From Candidatus Omnitrophota bacterium (GTDB lineage: Bacteria > Omnitrophota > Gorgyraeia > Pluralincolimonadales > Pluralincolimonadaceae), in contig PLNR01000006.1 of assembly GCA_003141835.1 (NCBI GenBank), positions 78,558-142,557 on the forward strand: DNA of 64,000 bases, written 5' to 3'. The notes below the pieces were generated by a model. That model worked only from the letters and a program-made list of their open reading frames with translations, did not search any database and was not told where the DNA came from. The position numbers were made by a program, and so were the translations under genes. Of this stretch, positions 55,983 through 64,000 are shown one piece after another (within the stretch, counting starts at the first letter, position 1; the number at the start of each line of letters is the position of its first letter).

Positions 55983-57284
55983 TTAGAATTTTATGTTCCA
56001 ATCCGCCTGGATAACCTGCGCCGGCAGCCTCGAGCTTTCGCTATCTGCTGTCAACCTGGTCAAATTATACGTGTTGAAATAACTGAGCGCAAGCCAGGAA
56101 TTCTTGCTCAGGCCGAAGTTTAACGATACATGATTGCCGCCCACGTTCGTCTTGCCTCCGTAGAAATCAGAATCCGGATAGGCATCCAAAAAGGCGTCCC
56201 TCTCGATGATCCTGTGGTCGTAGACCAGCTGCCACTGGTATTTATCCGCCACCTTCTCGTTGCCGATCTTGAAGCCGGCGATCCAACCTGTGCCCTTGGC
56301 GCTGGCGCTCATATTATCCATGTACTCGCCGAAGACAGCAAAGTACGGGAAACCCAGGTTATAACCGAAGAACGGCTCGGTAAAACCCAGTTCCAGTTTC
56401 GGGACGACAGAGTTGTAATCATTTTGGTAGACTATGTCACTGGTCCTGCCCTGGTCGGAATTCCTTGCAAGGGTGTTCGTCCCGGGAGTATTGGCTATCT
56501 GCGTCTGGCCTTTTACTTCGGCCAACCAGAAATCGACTGTGGATTTCAGTTTGACGTTGTCAAGCACGCTCCAGGAAACACCCGGCTGGATGACATTCTG
56601 CAGTTGGTTCTTTGATTTCGGAAAGGTGTCACCCAGATACAGGAAACCGTAGTTCAAAAACACATTGGCGCTTGGATTGACATTATAGCTTAACTGCAGC
56701 GCTGCGCCTTCGGGATTGATATCAGGATCCACGAGCGCGTTTATCGGTTCCCAGAACGGGTTCTTGAATTTACCCGCCGTGAAAGTGGTATCGACCGGCG
56801 CTGTCCACTGAGGCAGATACTGGCCGTAACCGTAGTCCAGTATTATATTCTTGAACGAAAAACCGTTGCCTAAAGTTACATTCGTGGATTTCGGGTCAGT
56901 GGTCGTTCCGGTAGCTATACCCAAACCCACCTTGAAATCCTCGATCACCCTCGTTTCGGCGCCGAGCCTTACCCTTATCCTATCCCTGTTCTCCTCTGTA
57001 CCGGTCGTAGTCGCGCTCTTCGCCTTGTCCCACTGGTACCTGTTCCTGAAATCGCCCTTGAATTTGATATCCTGCACCCACTGCGGGATATTTGCCGCCT
57101 TGCCTTGCGCTACTTCTTTCCTTGCTTCCTCTTTCGTTTCTGCGAGGACCTGCGCGCCTTCCCCCTGCGTCAGGACACCCTTGTCTACGAGCTTCTGGAC
57201 GAGGATCTCCATCTCGCCCGCGTAGGAACGGCTTGCCAACAGAACCATCCCCATCACGCCTAACAGCAACGTCGCCTTTTTCAT
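55983..57284 (-). CDS. Putative phosphate-selective porin (OprO/OprP-like) with N-terminal coiled-coil extension
   Basis: The signal peptide MKKATLLLGVMGMVLLASRSYAG starts at the ATG at 57284, preceded by GAGGAGAGGG. The rest is a beta-barrel pattern ending in an aromatic residue (WNIKF). It lies immediately upstream of pstSCAB. Confidence 0.55.
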   Translation of the reverse strand: MKKATLLLGVMGMVLLASRSYAGEMEILVQKLVDKGVLTQGEGAQVLAETKEEARKEVAQGKAANIPQWVQDIKFKGDFRNRYQWDKAKSATTTGTEENRDRIRVRLGAETRVIEDFKVGLGIATGTTTDPKSTNVTLGNGFSFKNIILDYGYGQYLPQWTAPVDTTFTAGKFKNPFWEPINALVDPDINPEGAALQLSYNVNPSANVFLNYGFLYLGDTFPKSKNQLQNVIQPGVSWSVLDNVKLKSTVDFWLAEVKGQTQIANTPGTNTLARNSDQGRTSDIVYQNDYNSVVPKLELGFTEPFFGYNLGFPYFAVFGEYMDNMSASAKGTGWIAGFKIGNEKVADKYQWQLVYDHRIIERDAFLDAYPDSDFYGGKTNVGGNHVSLNFGLSKNSWLALSYFNTYNLTRLTADSESSRLPAQVIQADWNIKF

Positions 57285-57380
57285 ACCCTCTCCTCTTTTT
57301 GTTGGACTTCCGGTTAGCATGGTGGTTTTTTAACTTCAAGGAGAGTATAAGATTTGAAGGTTACGGACAAAGGGAGGAAA

Positions 57381-57398
57381 TGTGAACTTTCTGTGAAC
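57381..57398 (-). promoter_or_regulatory. Candidate Pho box: direct repeat TGTGAAC-N4-TGTGAAC (11-nt period) upstream of the porin-pst operon
   Basis: tgtgaactttctgtgaac at 57381-57398. On the coding (minus) strand it reads GTTCACA-GAAA-GTTCACA, resembling TT(A/C)ACA-type PhoP/PhoB half-sites with helical periodicity. A TATACT -10-like hexamer lies at 57344-57349. Confidence 0.4.
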
Positions 57399-57424
57399 TA
57401 TAAACGGGGTATTTTAGGGGGGTT

Positions 57425-59197
57425 TCAGGCCTTGGGGACGGTAAAACTGAAGGTGGAGCCGTGGCAAGCTTCTGACTTTACCCACACTTGTCCACCATGG
57501 GACTGGACGATGTGTTTAACGATGGATAGGCCGAGGCCTGTGCCGCCGAGCTGGCGTGAACGGGCCTTATCTACCCGGTAGAACCTCTCAAAGACCCTCG
57601 GGAGGTCGCTTTCCGGGATCCCGACGCCGGTATCGGTGACATCGACTTGAAGATACTTATCCTGCGGGAAGACCGAGACCTTCACCGACCCGCCTTCAGG
57701 GGTATATTTTATCGCGTTATCGAGCAGGTTCAAGAATACCTGCGAAAGCCTGTTCTCGTCCGCCATGACCTTAGGCAGGCCCTCAGGAATATTAAATTCT
57801 ACCTTAATGGACTTATCGCGAGCTGATTTTTCAAGCACTCCGGCAGAACGTTTTACTACCGGGGCTATTCCCACAGGCATGAAGACCATGGCCATTTTGC
57901 CCGATTCTATCTTCGAAAGGTCAAGTAGGTCATCTATGAGCTTCGCCAGGCGGTCGCTCTCGCGGTAAATTATCCCGAGGAACTCCTGCCGTTCTTCCGC
58001 TTTCGGCACGCCGTCCATAAGCGTTTCCGAATATCCCTTTATGCTCGAGAGCGGGGTCCTCAACTCGTGCGATACGTTAGCGACAAAATCCTGCCTTACC
58101 TTCTCTAGCCGGCGCAGCTCGGTTATATCATGGAAGACGAATATTGCCCCGTCAACCTGATTTTCTTTCATTATCGCGACGCCGCTGACTTTAATGGATT
58201 TTTCCTCGGGGCTGCTTACGGATATCTCCTCCGCGGCTATCCTCTGGCCGCCTTTAAGCACTCGGTCGACGATATTTTGGACGGCGGAGTTGCGGACCAC
58301 TTCGAGCGGGGTCTTCCCCTCGGGCGCCGTATCGATAAAGAACAGCTTCCTGAGCGAAGGGTTCGCCAGGATTATCTTTCCTTTTGCGTCCGTCACTATG
58401 ACGCCTTCCACCATGCCGGAAAGCACCGTCTCGAGTTTCGCCTCGCCCGACCTTACTTTTTCTATCTTGGCCTTTATTTCATCTGACATATAATTCAATG
58501 TCGCGGCAAGGTCACCTATCTCGTCCCGGGAAACGTTAAATATTTTCCTGGAAAAATCCCCTGATGCCATCGCCTTCGCCGCCGATGAGATATTAGCCAG
58601 CGGGCGCGTCACGGCCATGGATATCAGGAAGCTCAGGATCAGCGAAGCAAAAAAGACCATTATGACCCCGACCGCCAGTATCTTCTGCATCCCTGATTCG
58701 AATTCCGCGACTTTTGCGACCGGGATCACGAGGCGCAGTATGGCCGCGGGTTTGTCCTTCCCGACGACCGCGGCGTTATAGAGCATGTACTTCTTTAAGG
58801 TATAGCTATAACGCTGGCTGGCCCCGAAACCCTCTTTCAACGCCTGTTGGACCTCGGGACGGCCCAGGTGGTTCTCTAATTTCGGCAGGTCTTCTTTTTT
58901 TACTTCAGAGTCGCCGAGCACGATCCCGTCCGGCGCGATAATCGTCACCCTGACGCCGAGGTCCGCTCCTATCCTGTCAGCCAAAGCCGCGGATCCCGCA
59001 GCCGCAGGCTGCCTACTGAACTCACTCTCCAGATAATCCTTGCTCAAGATGAGCTCTTTTTTCAGGTTGCTCTCGATATCCCTCAGGAGGAAAGATTTCA
59101 GGTGGGAATTAAAATATGTGTAGGCCGCCGCCAGGATAAAAACAGCGAGCAGGCAGAAGATCGCCGTCAATTTCCACTGCAGTTTAATCCTCATCAC
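57425..59197 (-). CDS. Sensor histidine kinase, PhoR-like (TM-HAMP-PAS-HisKA-HATPase)
   Basis: 590 aa. H-box SHELRTPLSSI. N, G1 and G2 boxes are present (NLLDNAIKY, DTGVGI, GGTGLGLSI). Its stop overlaps the start of the upstream response-regulator gene. Confidence 0.85.
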   Translation of the reverse strand: MMRIKLQWKLTAIFCLLAVFILAAAYTYFNSHLKSFLLRDIESNLKKELILSKDYLESEFSRQPAAAGSAALADRIGADLGVRVTIIAPDGIVLGDSEVKKEDLPKLENHLGRPEVQQALKEGFGASQRYSYTLKKYMLYNAAVVGKDKPAAILRLVIPVAKVAEFESGMQKILAVGVIMVFFASLILSFLISMAVTRPLANISSAAKAMASGDFSRKIFNVSRDEIGDLAATLNYMSDEIKAKIEKVRSGEAKLETVLSGMVEGVIVTDAKGKIILANPSLRKLFFIDTAPEGKTPLEVVRNSAVQNIVDRVLKGGQRIAAEEISVSSPEEKSIKVSGVAIMKENQVDGAIFVFHDITELRRLEKVRQDFVANVSHELRTPLSSIKGYSETLMDGVPKAEERQEFLGIIYRESDRLAKLIDDLLDLSKIESGKMAMVFMPVGIAPVVKRSAGVLEKSARDKSIKVEFNIPEGLPKVMADENRLSQVFLNLLDNAIKYTPEGGSVKVSVFPQDKYLQVDVTDTGVGIPESDLPRVFERFYRVDKARSRQLGGTGLGLSIVKHIVQSHGGQVWVKSEACHGSTFSFTVPKA

Positions 59198-59879
59198 CTT
59201 CCCTGCATCTGTAGCCCAGCCCTCTTACGGTTTCCAGCAGTTCTCCGGCCTTGCCCAGTTTTTCCCTCAACCTCTTGATGTGCGTATCGATGGTGCGCGT
59301 ATCGACATCGGCGGCGATATCCCAGACGTCAGTCAGCAGCTGTTCGCGCGACTGGACGCGGCCCTGCCTCTCGACCAATGTCGCGAGCAATTTGAATTCC
59401 ATCGGCGTGAGCTCTACATCCTTGCGGTTCGCCGTGACTTTATGCTTCGCGATATCTATGGTGATATTCCCCGCCTTTAGGACATTTTTCTTTATCTCCG
59501 GGACTTTTCCGCGCCTCAATATCGCTTTTACCCTCAGGACGAGCTCGCGCGGGCTGAACGGCTTTACGATATAATCATCGGCGCCTAATTCCAACCCCAC
59601 GACCCTGTCGACCTCTTCACCCTTTGCCGTTACCATGATGACCGGGATATTCTTGAGCTTGGGGTCCTGTTTTATGGAGCGGCAGACTTCGAAACCGTCT
59701 ATCTTGGGAAGCATCAGGTCGAGGATGACCAGGTCGGTGTGGTATTTTTTGAGGTGTTCGAGGGCCTCCTCGCCGCTCGGGACCGCGAAGGCGTCATAAC
59801 CATCTTTCTCCAGGTTGAATTTTATAAGCCTGGAGATGTTCTTGTCGTCTTCTACTATAAGGATCTCTTCTTTTTGCAT
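59184..59879 (-). CDS. phoB: OmpR-family response regulator, PhoB-like
   Basis: From the ATG at 59879 the protein reads MQKEEILIVEDD...DLVILDLMLPKIDGFEV...IPVIMVTAKGEEVDRVVGLELGADDYIVKPFSPRELVLRVKAILRR. This closely parallels PhoB. The winged-helix C-terminus is LTPMEFKLL. Confidence 0.82.
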   Translation of the reverse strand: MQKEEILIVEDDKNISRLIKFNLEKDGYDAFAVPSGEEALEHLKKYHTDLVILDLMLPKIDGFEVCRSIKQDPKLKNIPVIMVTAKGEEVDRVVGLELGADDYIVKPFSPRELVLRVKAILRRGKVPEIKKNVLKAGNITIDIAKHKVTANRKDVELTPMEFKLLATLVERQGRVQSREQLLTDVWDIAADVDTRTIDTHIKRLREKLGKAGELLETVRGLGYRCREGDED

Positions 59880-60514
59880 TTTTTGCTTACCTGTAAAAGG
59901 TCTGTGAGTTTCCCGGCTATCCCGCACGGCCGGGCTTTCTTCAATTCCGAATGCGACGAAGAACCGCCCAGGACCGCGACAACTTTCACGCCCGCGTTAT
60001 GGCCGGCATGGACGTCGACCGTCATGTCTCCGACATACAGGGCTTCGCTTTTTTTGACGCCCAGTTCTTTCAATATCCTCGGTATCAGGAAAGGTTTCGG
60101 CTTTATCTCGGTCTTATCTTTCGCGCACGCGATAGCGTCGAAATATTTAACAAGGCCGAGGTGCTTTAACAGTATCATGCTGAACTTCGGAGGCCTGTTG
60201 CTGGCAACAGCGAGCTTATAGCCCCTCTTCTTAAGGTCCCGCAAAAGCTGCCTTGCCCCGGGTATGACCTTCGAATATTTCAAAAGCGCTTTCCCGTGAT
60301 GCGCGCGATATAGCTTTAACCCCTCCGCGACATCCTTCTTCTCGACGAAATACTCTATGAAATTCTTGTCGCCGTGCCCGACTGCCCTGCGCGCGACAGC
60401 CATCTTCGCCTTGGGATATCCGAGCTTTACCAGGGTATAATTCAGGCTCTTCTCGATCGCGGTATACGCGTCGACTATCGTCCCGTCTATATCGAATATT
60501 ATCAGTTTAAGCAT
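59855..60514 (-). CDS. HAD-superfamily hydrolase (phosphoglycolate phosphatase-like)
   Basis: 219 aa. Motif I LIIFDIDGTIVD, motif II SNRP, motif III/IV K...GDMTVD. Confidence 0.85.
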   Translation of the reverse strand: MLKLIIFDIDGTIVDAYTAIEKSLNYTLVKLGYPKAKMAVARRAVGHGDKNFIEYFVEKKDVAEGLKLYRAHHGKALLKYSKVIPGARQLLRDLKKRGYKLAVASNRPPKFSMILLKHLGLVKYFDAIACAKDKTEIKPKPFLIPRILKELGVKKSEALYVGDMTVDVHAGHNAGVKVVAVLGGSSSHSELKKARPCGIAGKLTDLLQVSKKCKKKRSL

Positions 60515-60728
60515 CTATTTCGAATATCTTCTGTTTGGAGGTGCGGCCCTTTATGAGGCTTACCCTTGATTTCGCGATATCGAAATGCCCGGCGAGGGCT
60601 TTGGCGACCGCCTCGTTCGCTTTCCCGTCGGTAGGTTTCGCCTTCACCCATACCGCGTACTTGCTATCATCGATCTTTTCGACCTTCTCCCGGCTGGAGC
60701 TGGCCTTGACCTTGACGCTGATCTTCAA
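60507..60728 (-). CDS. DUF167 (YggU) family protein
   Basis: 73 aa. KASSSREKVE...GKANEAVAKALAGHFDIAKSRVSLIKGRTSKQK is the DUF167 consensus. Confidence 0.8.
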   Translation of the reverse strand: MKISVKVKASSSREKVEKIDDSKYAVWVKAKPTDGKANEAVAKALAGHFDIAKSRVSLIKGRTSKQKIFEIDA

Positions 60729-61295
60729 TTATTTATTCTTCCACTCGTACGAGCCGGACGCGTTCATTACCTCGATAGGCGTCCCGGAAGGCGCGTCGTT
60801 CTGCAGGCGCTGCGCGTAAAGTTTCCGTACATCTTCGAGAGCCGCGCCGTTCTTCTGCGATAACGCTTTGTATATCGTCATCCTGTCTGCATTTTCCGCG
60901 CTGATAAGGTCCGCGGGAGCGCCGCTTCCTTTTGCCTCGACCATGCCGGATCTATTCTCGCCTATCACGCCTTTTCCCTCAAGTGATGAAAGCTCCGCGT
61001 ATCTGGCCTTACGGCTTGCCGCCGCCTGTACCACTTCCGGTGATAAAGATTCCTCGGCATAAGCATTGACCATGAGGAAATTAAGTTTCATGCCGTCTTC
61101 CGGTTTCGGAGCGGCTTTGCCGGATACCGCATTCTCGATACTGTTGATGTCGTTTGCCACATGCTGATACACGTCGAGCCGCATGGTCACATCGACCTTT
61201 ATCGGATCTTTCGGCGCTTTGACCTGCATGCTCATGCATCCCATACCCAAAAACACGACCAGCAAGACCGCCAAGACTGCCATTTCTTTTTTCAT
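60729..61295 (-). CDS. YdbL-like (DUF1318) periplasmic lipoprotein
   Basis: 188 aa. Lipobox LGMGC. The C-terminal GKGVIGENRSGMVEAKG...ISAENADRMTIYKALSQKNG matches the DUF1318 core. Confidence 0.65.
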   Translation of the reverse strand: MKKEMAVLAVLLVVFLGMGCMSMQVKAPKDPIKVDVTMRLDVYQHVANDINSIENAVSGKAAPKPEDGMKLNFLMVNAYAEESLSPEVVQAAASRKARYAELSSLEGKGVIGENRSGMVEAKGSGAPADLISAENADRMTIYKALSQKNGAALEDVRKLYAQRLQNDAPSGTPIEVMNASGSYEWKNK

Positions 61296-61307
61296 CTTTC
61301 CCTCTCC

Positions 61308-62171
61308 TTAAAATCCGTGTAATGCGACCGTAACGTCCCTTTTCCCTTTCACCCCTTCCAGGATCACATGCAGGAGTATCGAATCCTCGTTCCTGGATAT
61401 CCCAAGCGTCCCTTTCGTGAAGTCATAATTCCCGAAGCTATCCTCGATAAGCGAAAGCGGCTGTTTCGTGTTATCCGCGAGCCTTTTGAGGATCTCCTTG
61501 TCGGTGATGACCAGCGAGCCTCCCGGAGACACAGTCGAAAAATCCCCTTTTATATCGGTGATCTTCGCTTGCTCGCCGCGGAGCATGATCGCGCCGCCCA
61601 TAATGCCTTTCATCTCCACGCGGCCTTCGGCATTCAACCCTTTCGGCAGCAAGGCAAGATCGATCCCTCCGGCTTCAATATTCGCGTCGTAGACTATCGT
61701 CTTGCCTATTGTCATATTGCCGCTCGCGTCGGCGTTAAGCTTCCAGTCGGCCGTATTCAGGACCACTGTCATGCCCGTCATGACGAGCGACCTGACCGCA
61801 AAAGCCTTCCCGGGTTTGAGGGCCGGATATTCGATAATGTCGCGTAATTTTTTTCCGGGAGAGTTAAATTCCAAAGAGCCGCCCTTGACGGTTATCTCGG
61901 GTATTATCCTCGTAAACAGCGAAAGCGGCGAAAATCTTATCTCTACCTGCTTGATACGGTAGCGCAGGGTATCGCCTTTCTTTATGTCGATCCCGGTGAT
62001 CGCGACCGTATTCGCGTTCCTGAGTCCTGCGTTCCCGATCGAAACATCATAGCCGGGAAACGCGCTTTTTATCTGCCCGACGGCGATATTGACTAACAGG
62101 GGCCTGCCGATCAACCACAGGGCCGGCAAGATCGCCAGGATAACCGCTAAGATAACTAATTTCCGTCTCAA
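61308..62171 (-). CDS. Membrane-anchored protein, paralog A (YdbH/AsmA-like domain candidate)
   Basis: 287 aa with an N-terminal TM helix. Shares extended similarity with 62179..62913 (for example ITGIDIKKGDTLRYRIKQVEIRFSPLSLFTR versus ITGIKATRGADLSYRINGLEIKFSPLSLFTR). Confidence 0.5.
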   Translation of the reverse strand: MRRKLVILAVILAILPALWLIGRPLLVNIAVGQIKSAFPGYDVSIGNAGLRNANTVAITGIDIKKGDTLRYRIKQVEIRFSPLSLFTRIIPEITVKGGSLEFNSPGKKLRDIIEYPALKPGKAFAVRSLVMTGMTVVLNTADWKLNADASGNMTIGKTIVYDANIEAGGIDLALLPKGLNAEGRVEMKGIMGGAIMLRGEQAKITDIKGDFSTVSPGGSLVITDKEILKRLADNTKQPLSLIEDSFGNYDFTKGTLGISRNEDSILLHVILEGVKGKRDVTVALHGF

Positions 62172-62178
62172 TAGTTTT

Positions 62179-62913
62179 TCATAATCCGCGCAAAGGAAAA
62201 GTCAGGTCCTTCTTGCCCTTCACGCCTTTGAGTGTCATATGAAACACCAGAGATCCCGTCTTTCCCGATATCTGCAGGGTGCCTTCCGTGAAATCGAAAT
62301 CTTTCAGGTCTTCGATATCAGCCAGCGGTTGTTTCGCGTTATCCGCAAGCCTTTTAAGGAATGCCTCATCCTTAATGGCAATGTTCCAACTGCCCGGGGC
62401 GACGGAAAAATCGCCTTTTATCTCCGTCTCGCCTGACGGTGTCTTACGTATCTCTATATTCCCGCCGACTACAGTGTTAAGTTTCCAGTCGGCCGTTTCC
62501 AATATCGGGTTAAAATTCAATATCACAATGGATTTAGCCGTAAAACCTTTCCCCGGATTAAATACCGGGTACCCGATGACATCTTTGAGCTTTTTATCCA
62601 CGGAACTGACTTCCATAAGAGAATTTTTTATAATGATCTTCGGGACTTTCCTCGTAAATAGCGAGAGCGGCGAAAATTTTATCTCTAACCCGTTTATCCT
62701 GTAAGAAAGGTCCGCGCCCCGCGTAGCCTTTATTCCGGTTATCGCGATCATGTCGGCATTCCTGATCTCGGCGGCGCCGATCGAAACATTATAGCCGGGG
62801 AACATCTCCTTGATCTCCTTTACCGCGATGCCGGTTATCAGGGACCTGCCGAATAATCCCACACCTAGCACGAGCGCCAGGATGACCGCGAAAATGACTA
62901 TTTCCCGTCTCAT
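62179..62913 (-). CDS. Membrane-anchored protein, paralog B (YdbH/AsmA-like domain candidate)
   Basis: 244 aa. Tandem duplicate of the preceding gene, lacking an internal segment of about 45 aa. Confidence 0.5.
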   Translation of the reverse strand: MRREIVIFAVILALVLGVGLFGRSLITGIAVKEIKEMFPGYNVSIGAAEIRNADMIAITGIKATRGADLSYRINGLEIKFSPLSLFTRKVPKIIIKNSLMEVSSVDKKLKDVIGYPVFNPGKGFTAKSIVILNFNPILETADWKLNTVVGGNIEIRKTPSGETEIKGDFSVAPGSWNIAIKDEAFLKRLADNAKQPLADIEDLKDFDFTEGTLQISGKTGSLVFHMTLKGVKGKKDLTFPLRGL

Positions 62914-64000
62914 CTTTTGAATGTATGCCTTACGGCTTTACCTTTCAGGTTATACTTTACTTCGATATTCCCGCCGTGGAAATCTTCCGGAACGAGCTTG
63001 GGCCTCAACGCGACTTTACCGAAATCGAATTTTACGCCGAGGACCTCGTCTATCAGCGTGTAAATATACCAGCTCGCCGAGCCGGTCAGGTAAAAATAAA
63101 GCCCCCGTCCCTCGTTGTTGAAATATTCCGGTATCATGGGATATATCCGGGCCGCGCCGCTCGTCGACATCTTATAGATGGAATCGAAGACCTCATGCCC
63201 TTCCTTGACGAAACCCCTTTTATACAGGGCATTCGCCAGCATCACGTTCATGTGGTTGAAGAACGCCCCGTTCTCCTTGTCGCCGTACGCGAACCCGTAC
63301 GCCCGCCCGAAGTCCATATATACCGTCCTGAAATCCGTCCCGAGGCGGAACCCTCCGAGCACGGGGTCTTTCAGGTTTTTTTTGATCGACTGCCATATCT
63401 TCCTTATCTGCTCATCGGTCGCGCAGCCGCTCATTATCGCGAAGACCTGCGAGGCCAGCTTCATGCGTACCCTGTCTCTAAATTTCCCCCGCTGAGGCGG
63501 GACCTTGCCCTCCACACGACATCCCTTATTATCGTAGTAACCGTTGAAGAATCCTGCGTCGGCGATCCATTCTTTCTTCCTCAGCCACGCGAAGAGATGG
63601 TCGGCCTTTTTGCGCAGGTCGTCGATCAGGTCGTCGATATCCACCTCGACTGCCTCGCCGGTGATCGCCCTGCAGGATTCGAGGTATTCTTCAAGCCGTC
63701 TCTGTTTCTCTTTATGATCATTATAATCGACCGGAGTGCCCATGCTATCGAGCAGCATCAGGAATTCTGTCAATAATTTGACGCTCTTGTGCCTCTTCTT
63801 CATCTCTTCGAGGATAACGCAGATGTCGCGCAGGTTATGCGCGTACATGAAGCTGAAAGCCACGCTCTCGCCCCTGTCGGATGCCATGTCAAGGCCGTCG
63901 TTCCAGTCGGCGTTCTCGAGGCGTATGACGTTATGCTCGCCGACGTTGAAGAATTGGACGAGATTCTGGACGAGGATATGTTCCAGGACGCTGCCCTTGT
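62910..64000 (-). CDS. Glycoside phosphorylase/hydrolase-like (alpha/alpha)6-barrel protein, C-terminal part (GH94/GH65-like), truncated by window edge
   Basis: RIYPMIPEYFNNEGRGLYFYLTGSASWYIYTL resembles the catalytic-barrel region of cellobiose-phosphorylase-type enzymes. The ORF continues past position 64000. Confidence 0.55.
   Translation of the reverse strand, partial: KGSVLEHILVQNLVQFFNVGEHNVIRLENADWNDGLDMASDRGESVAFSFMYAHNLRDICVILEEMKKRHKSVKLLTEFLMLLDSMGTPVDYNDHKEKQRRLEEYLESCRAITGEAVEVDIDDLIDDLRKKADHLFAWLRKKEWIADAGFFNGYYDNKGCRVEGKVPPQRGKFRDRVRMKLASQVFAIMSGCATDEQIRKIWQSIKKNLKDPVLGGFRLGTDFRTVYMDFGRAYGFAYGDKENGAFFNHMNVMLANALYKRGFVKEGHEVFDSIYKMSTSGAARIYPMIPEYFNNEGRGLYFYLTGSASWYIYTLIDEVLGVKFDFGKVALRPKLVPEDFHGGNIEVKYNLKGKAVRHTFKR

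Overview
A 64 kb window of high-GC bacterial chromosome in which the + strand carries only one clear gene (tandem HD-GYP, 30614..31867). No transposases, integrases, CRISPR arrays, tRNA or rRNA genes were seen. All calls are by-eye motif recognition with no database searches, so family-level names are more secure than specific gene names.

Block 1 (1.1-4.0 kb) is an overlap-coupled operon: MgtE, QueF, PduO-type adenosyltransferase, a UbiA-family prenyltransferase and a secreted glycosidase-like protein that runs off the left edge.

Block 2 (4.5-16.7 kb) is a hopanoid-type operon: DUF116, squalene-hopene cyclase (DIDDTA motif), HpnH, HpnL-like, HpnA-like, IspH, HpnG-like and Rpe. A head-group module is inserted in it: a two-subunit ComDE/phosphonopyruvate-decarboxylase-like TPP enzyme, a class V PhnW-like aminotransferase, a LicC-like cytidylyltransferase, a CDP-alcohol phosphatidyltransferase and a Zn-phospholipase-C-like protein. 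This looks like an aminoethylphosphonate/CMP-type activation route wired into a membrane-lipid operon, but no PEP mutase is visible in the window. It is the main candidate for a new system.

A conserved element of about 75-110 nt, consisting of two 26-nt inverted arms built from GGGGACGTCCC palindromes around an A-rich core, occurs twice (12945-13016 and 23704-23781). Each copy sits immediately 5' of an RBS and of a gene that begins Met-Asp-Trp-Gly.

Block 3 (16.7-25.9 kb) contains a LacI regulator, secreted proteins with a CBM-like beta-sandwich domain (one with a PEP-CTERM anchor), a 919-aa PAS / degenerate-GGDEF / HD-GYP signalling protein, a class I aldolase, an M48 peptidase with Zn-ribbons and LemA.

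Block 4 (25.9-31.9 kb) contains an alcohol dehydrogenase, FmdB, a radical-SAM/SPASM enzyme, a rubrerythrin-like protein, YjbQ, a SYLF protein, RluA and the tandem HD-GYP gene.

Block 5 (31.9-37.0 kb) is a visibly lower-GC island of three secreted proteins, including an 1136-aa protein with a C-terminal lipase-like alpha/beta hydrolase.

Block 6 (37.1-50.5 kb) contains Maf, an HI0933 flavoprotein, DedA, a PNPOx-like protein, cusCBA-type RND efflux, nifU, nifS, cysK, metY and an outer-membrane protein.

Block 7 (50.5-52.6 kb) contains DUF2292, an unlisted 59-aa tautomerase, an Rrf2 regulator, PhoU and an ArsC-type LMW phosphatase.

Block 8 (52.6-60.5 kb) is a Pho super-operon: phoB, phoR, an OprO/P-like porin, pstSCAB and a HAD hydrolase. 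A TGTGAAC direct repeat with 11-nt period lies upstream of the porin.

Block 9 (60.5-64.0 kb) contains DUF167, a YdbL-like lipoprotein, two tandem paralogous membrane proteins and a glycoside-phosphorylase-like gene truncated at the right edge.
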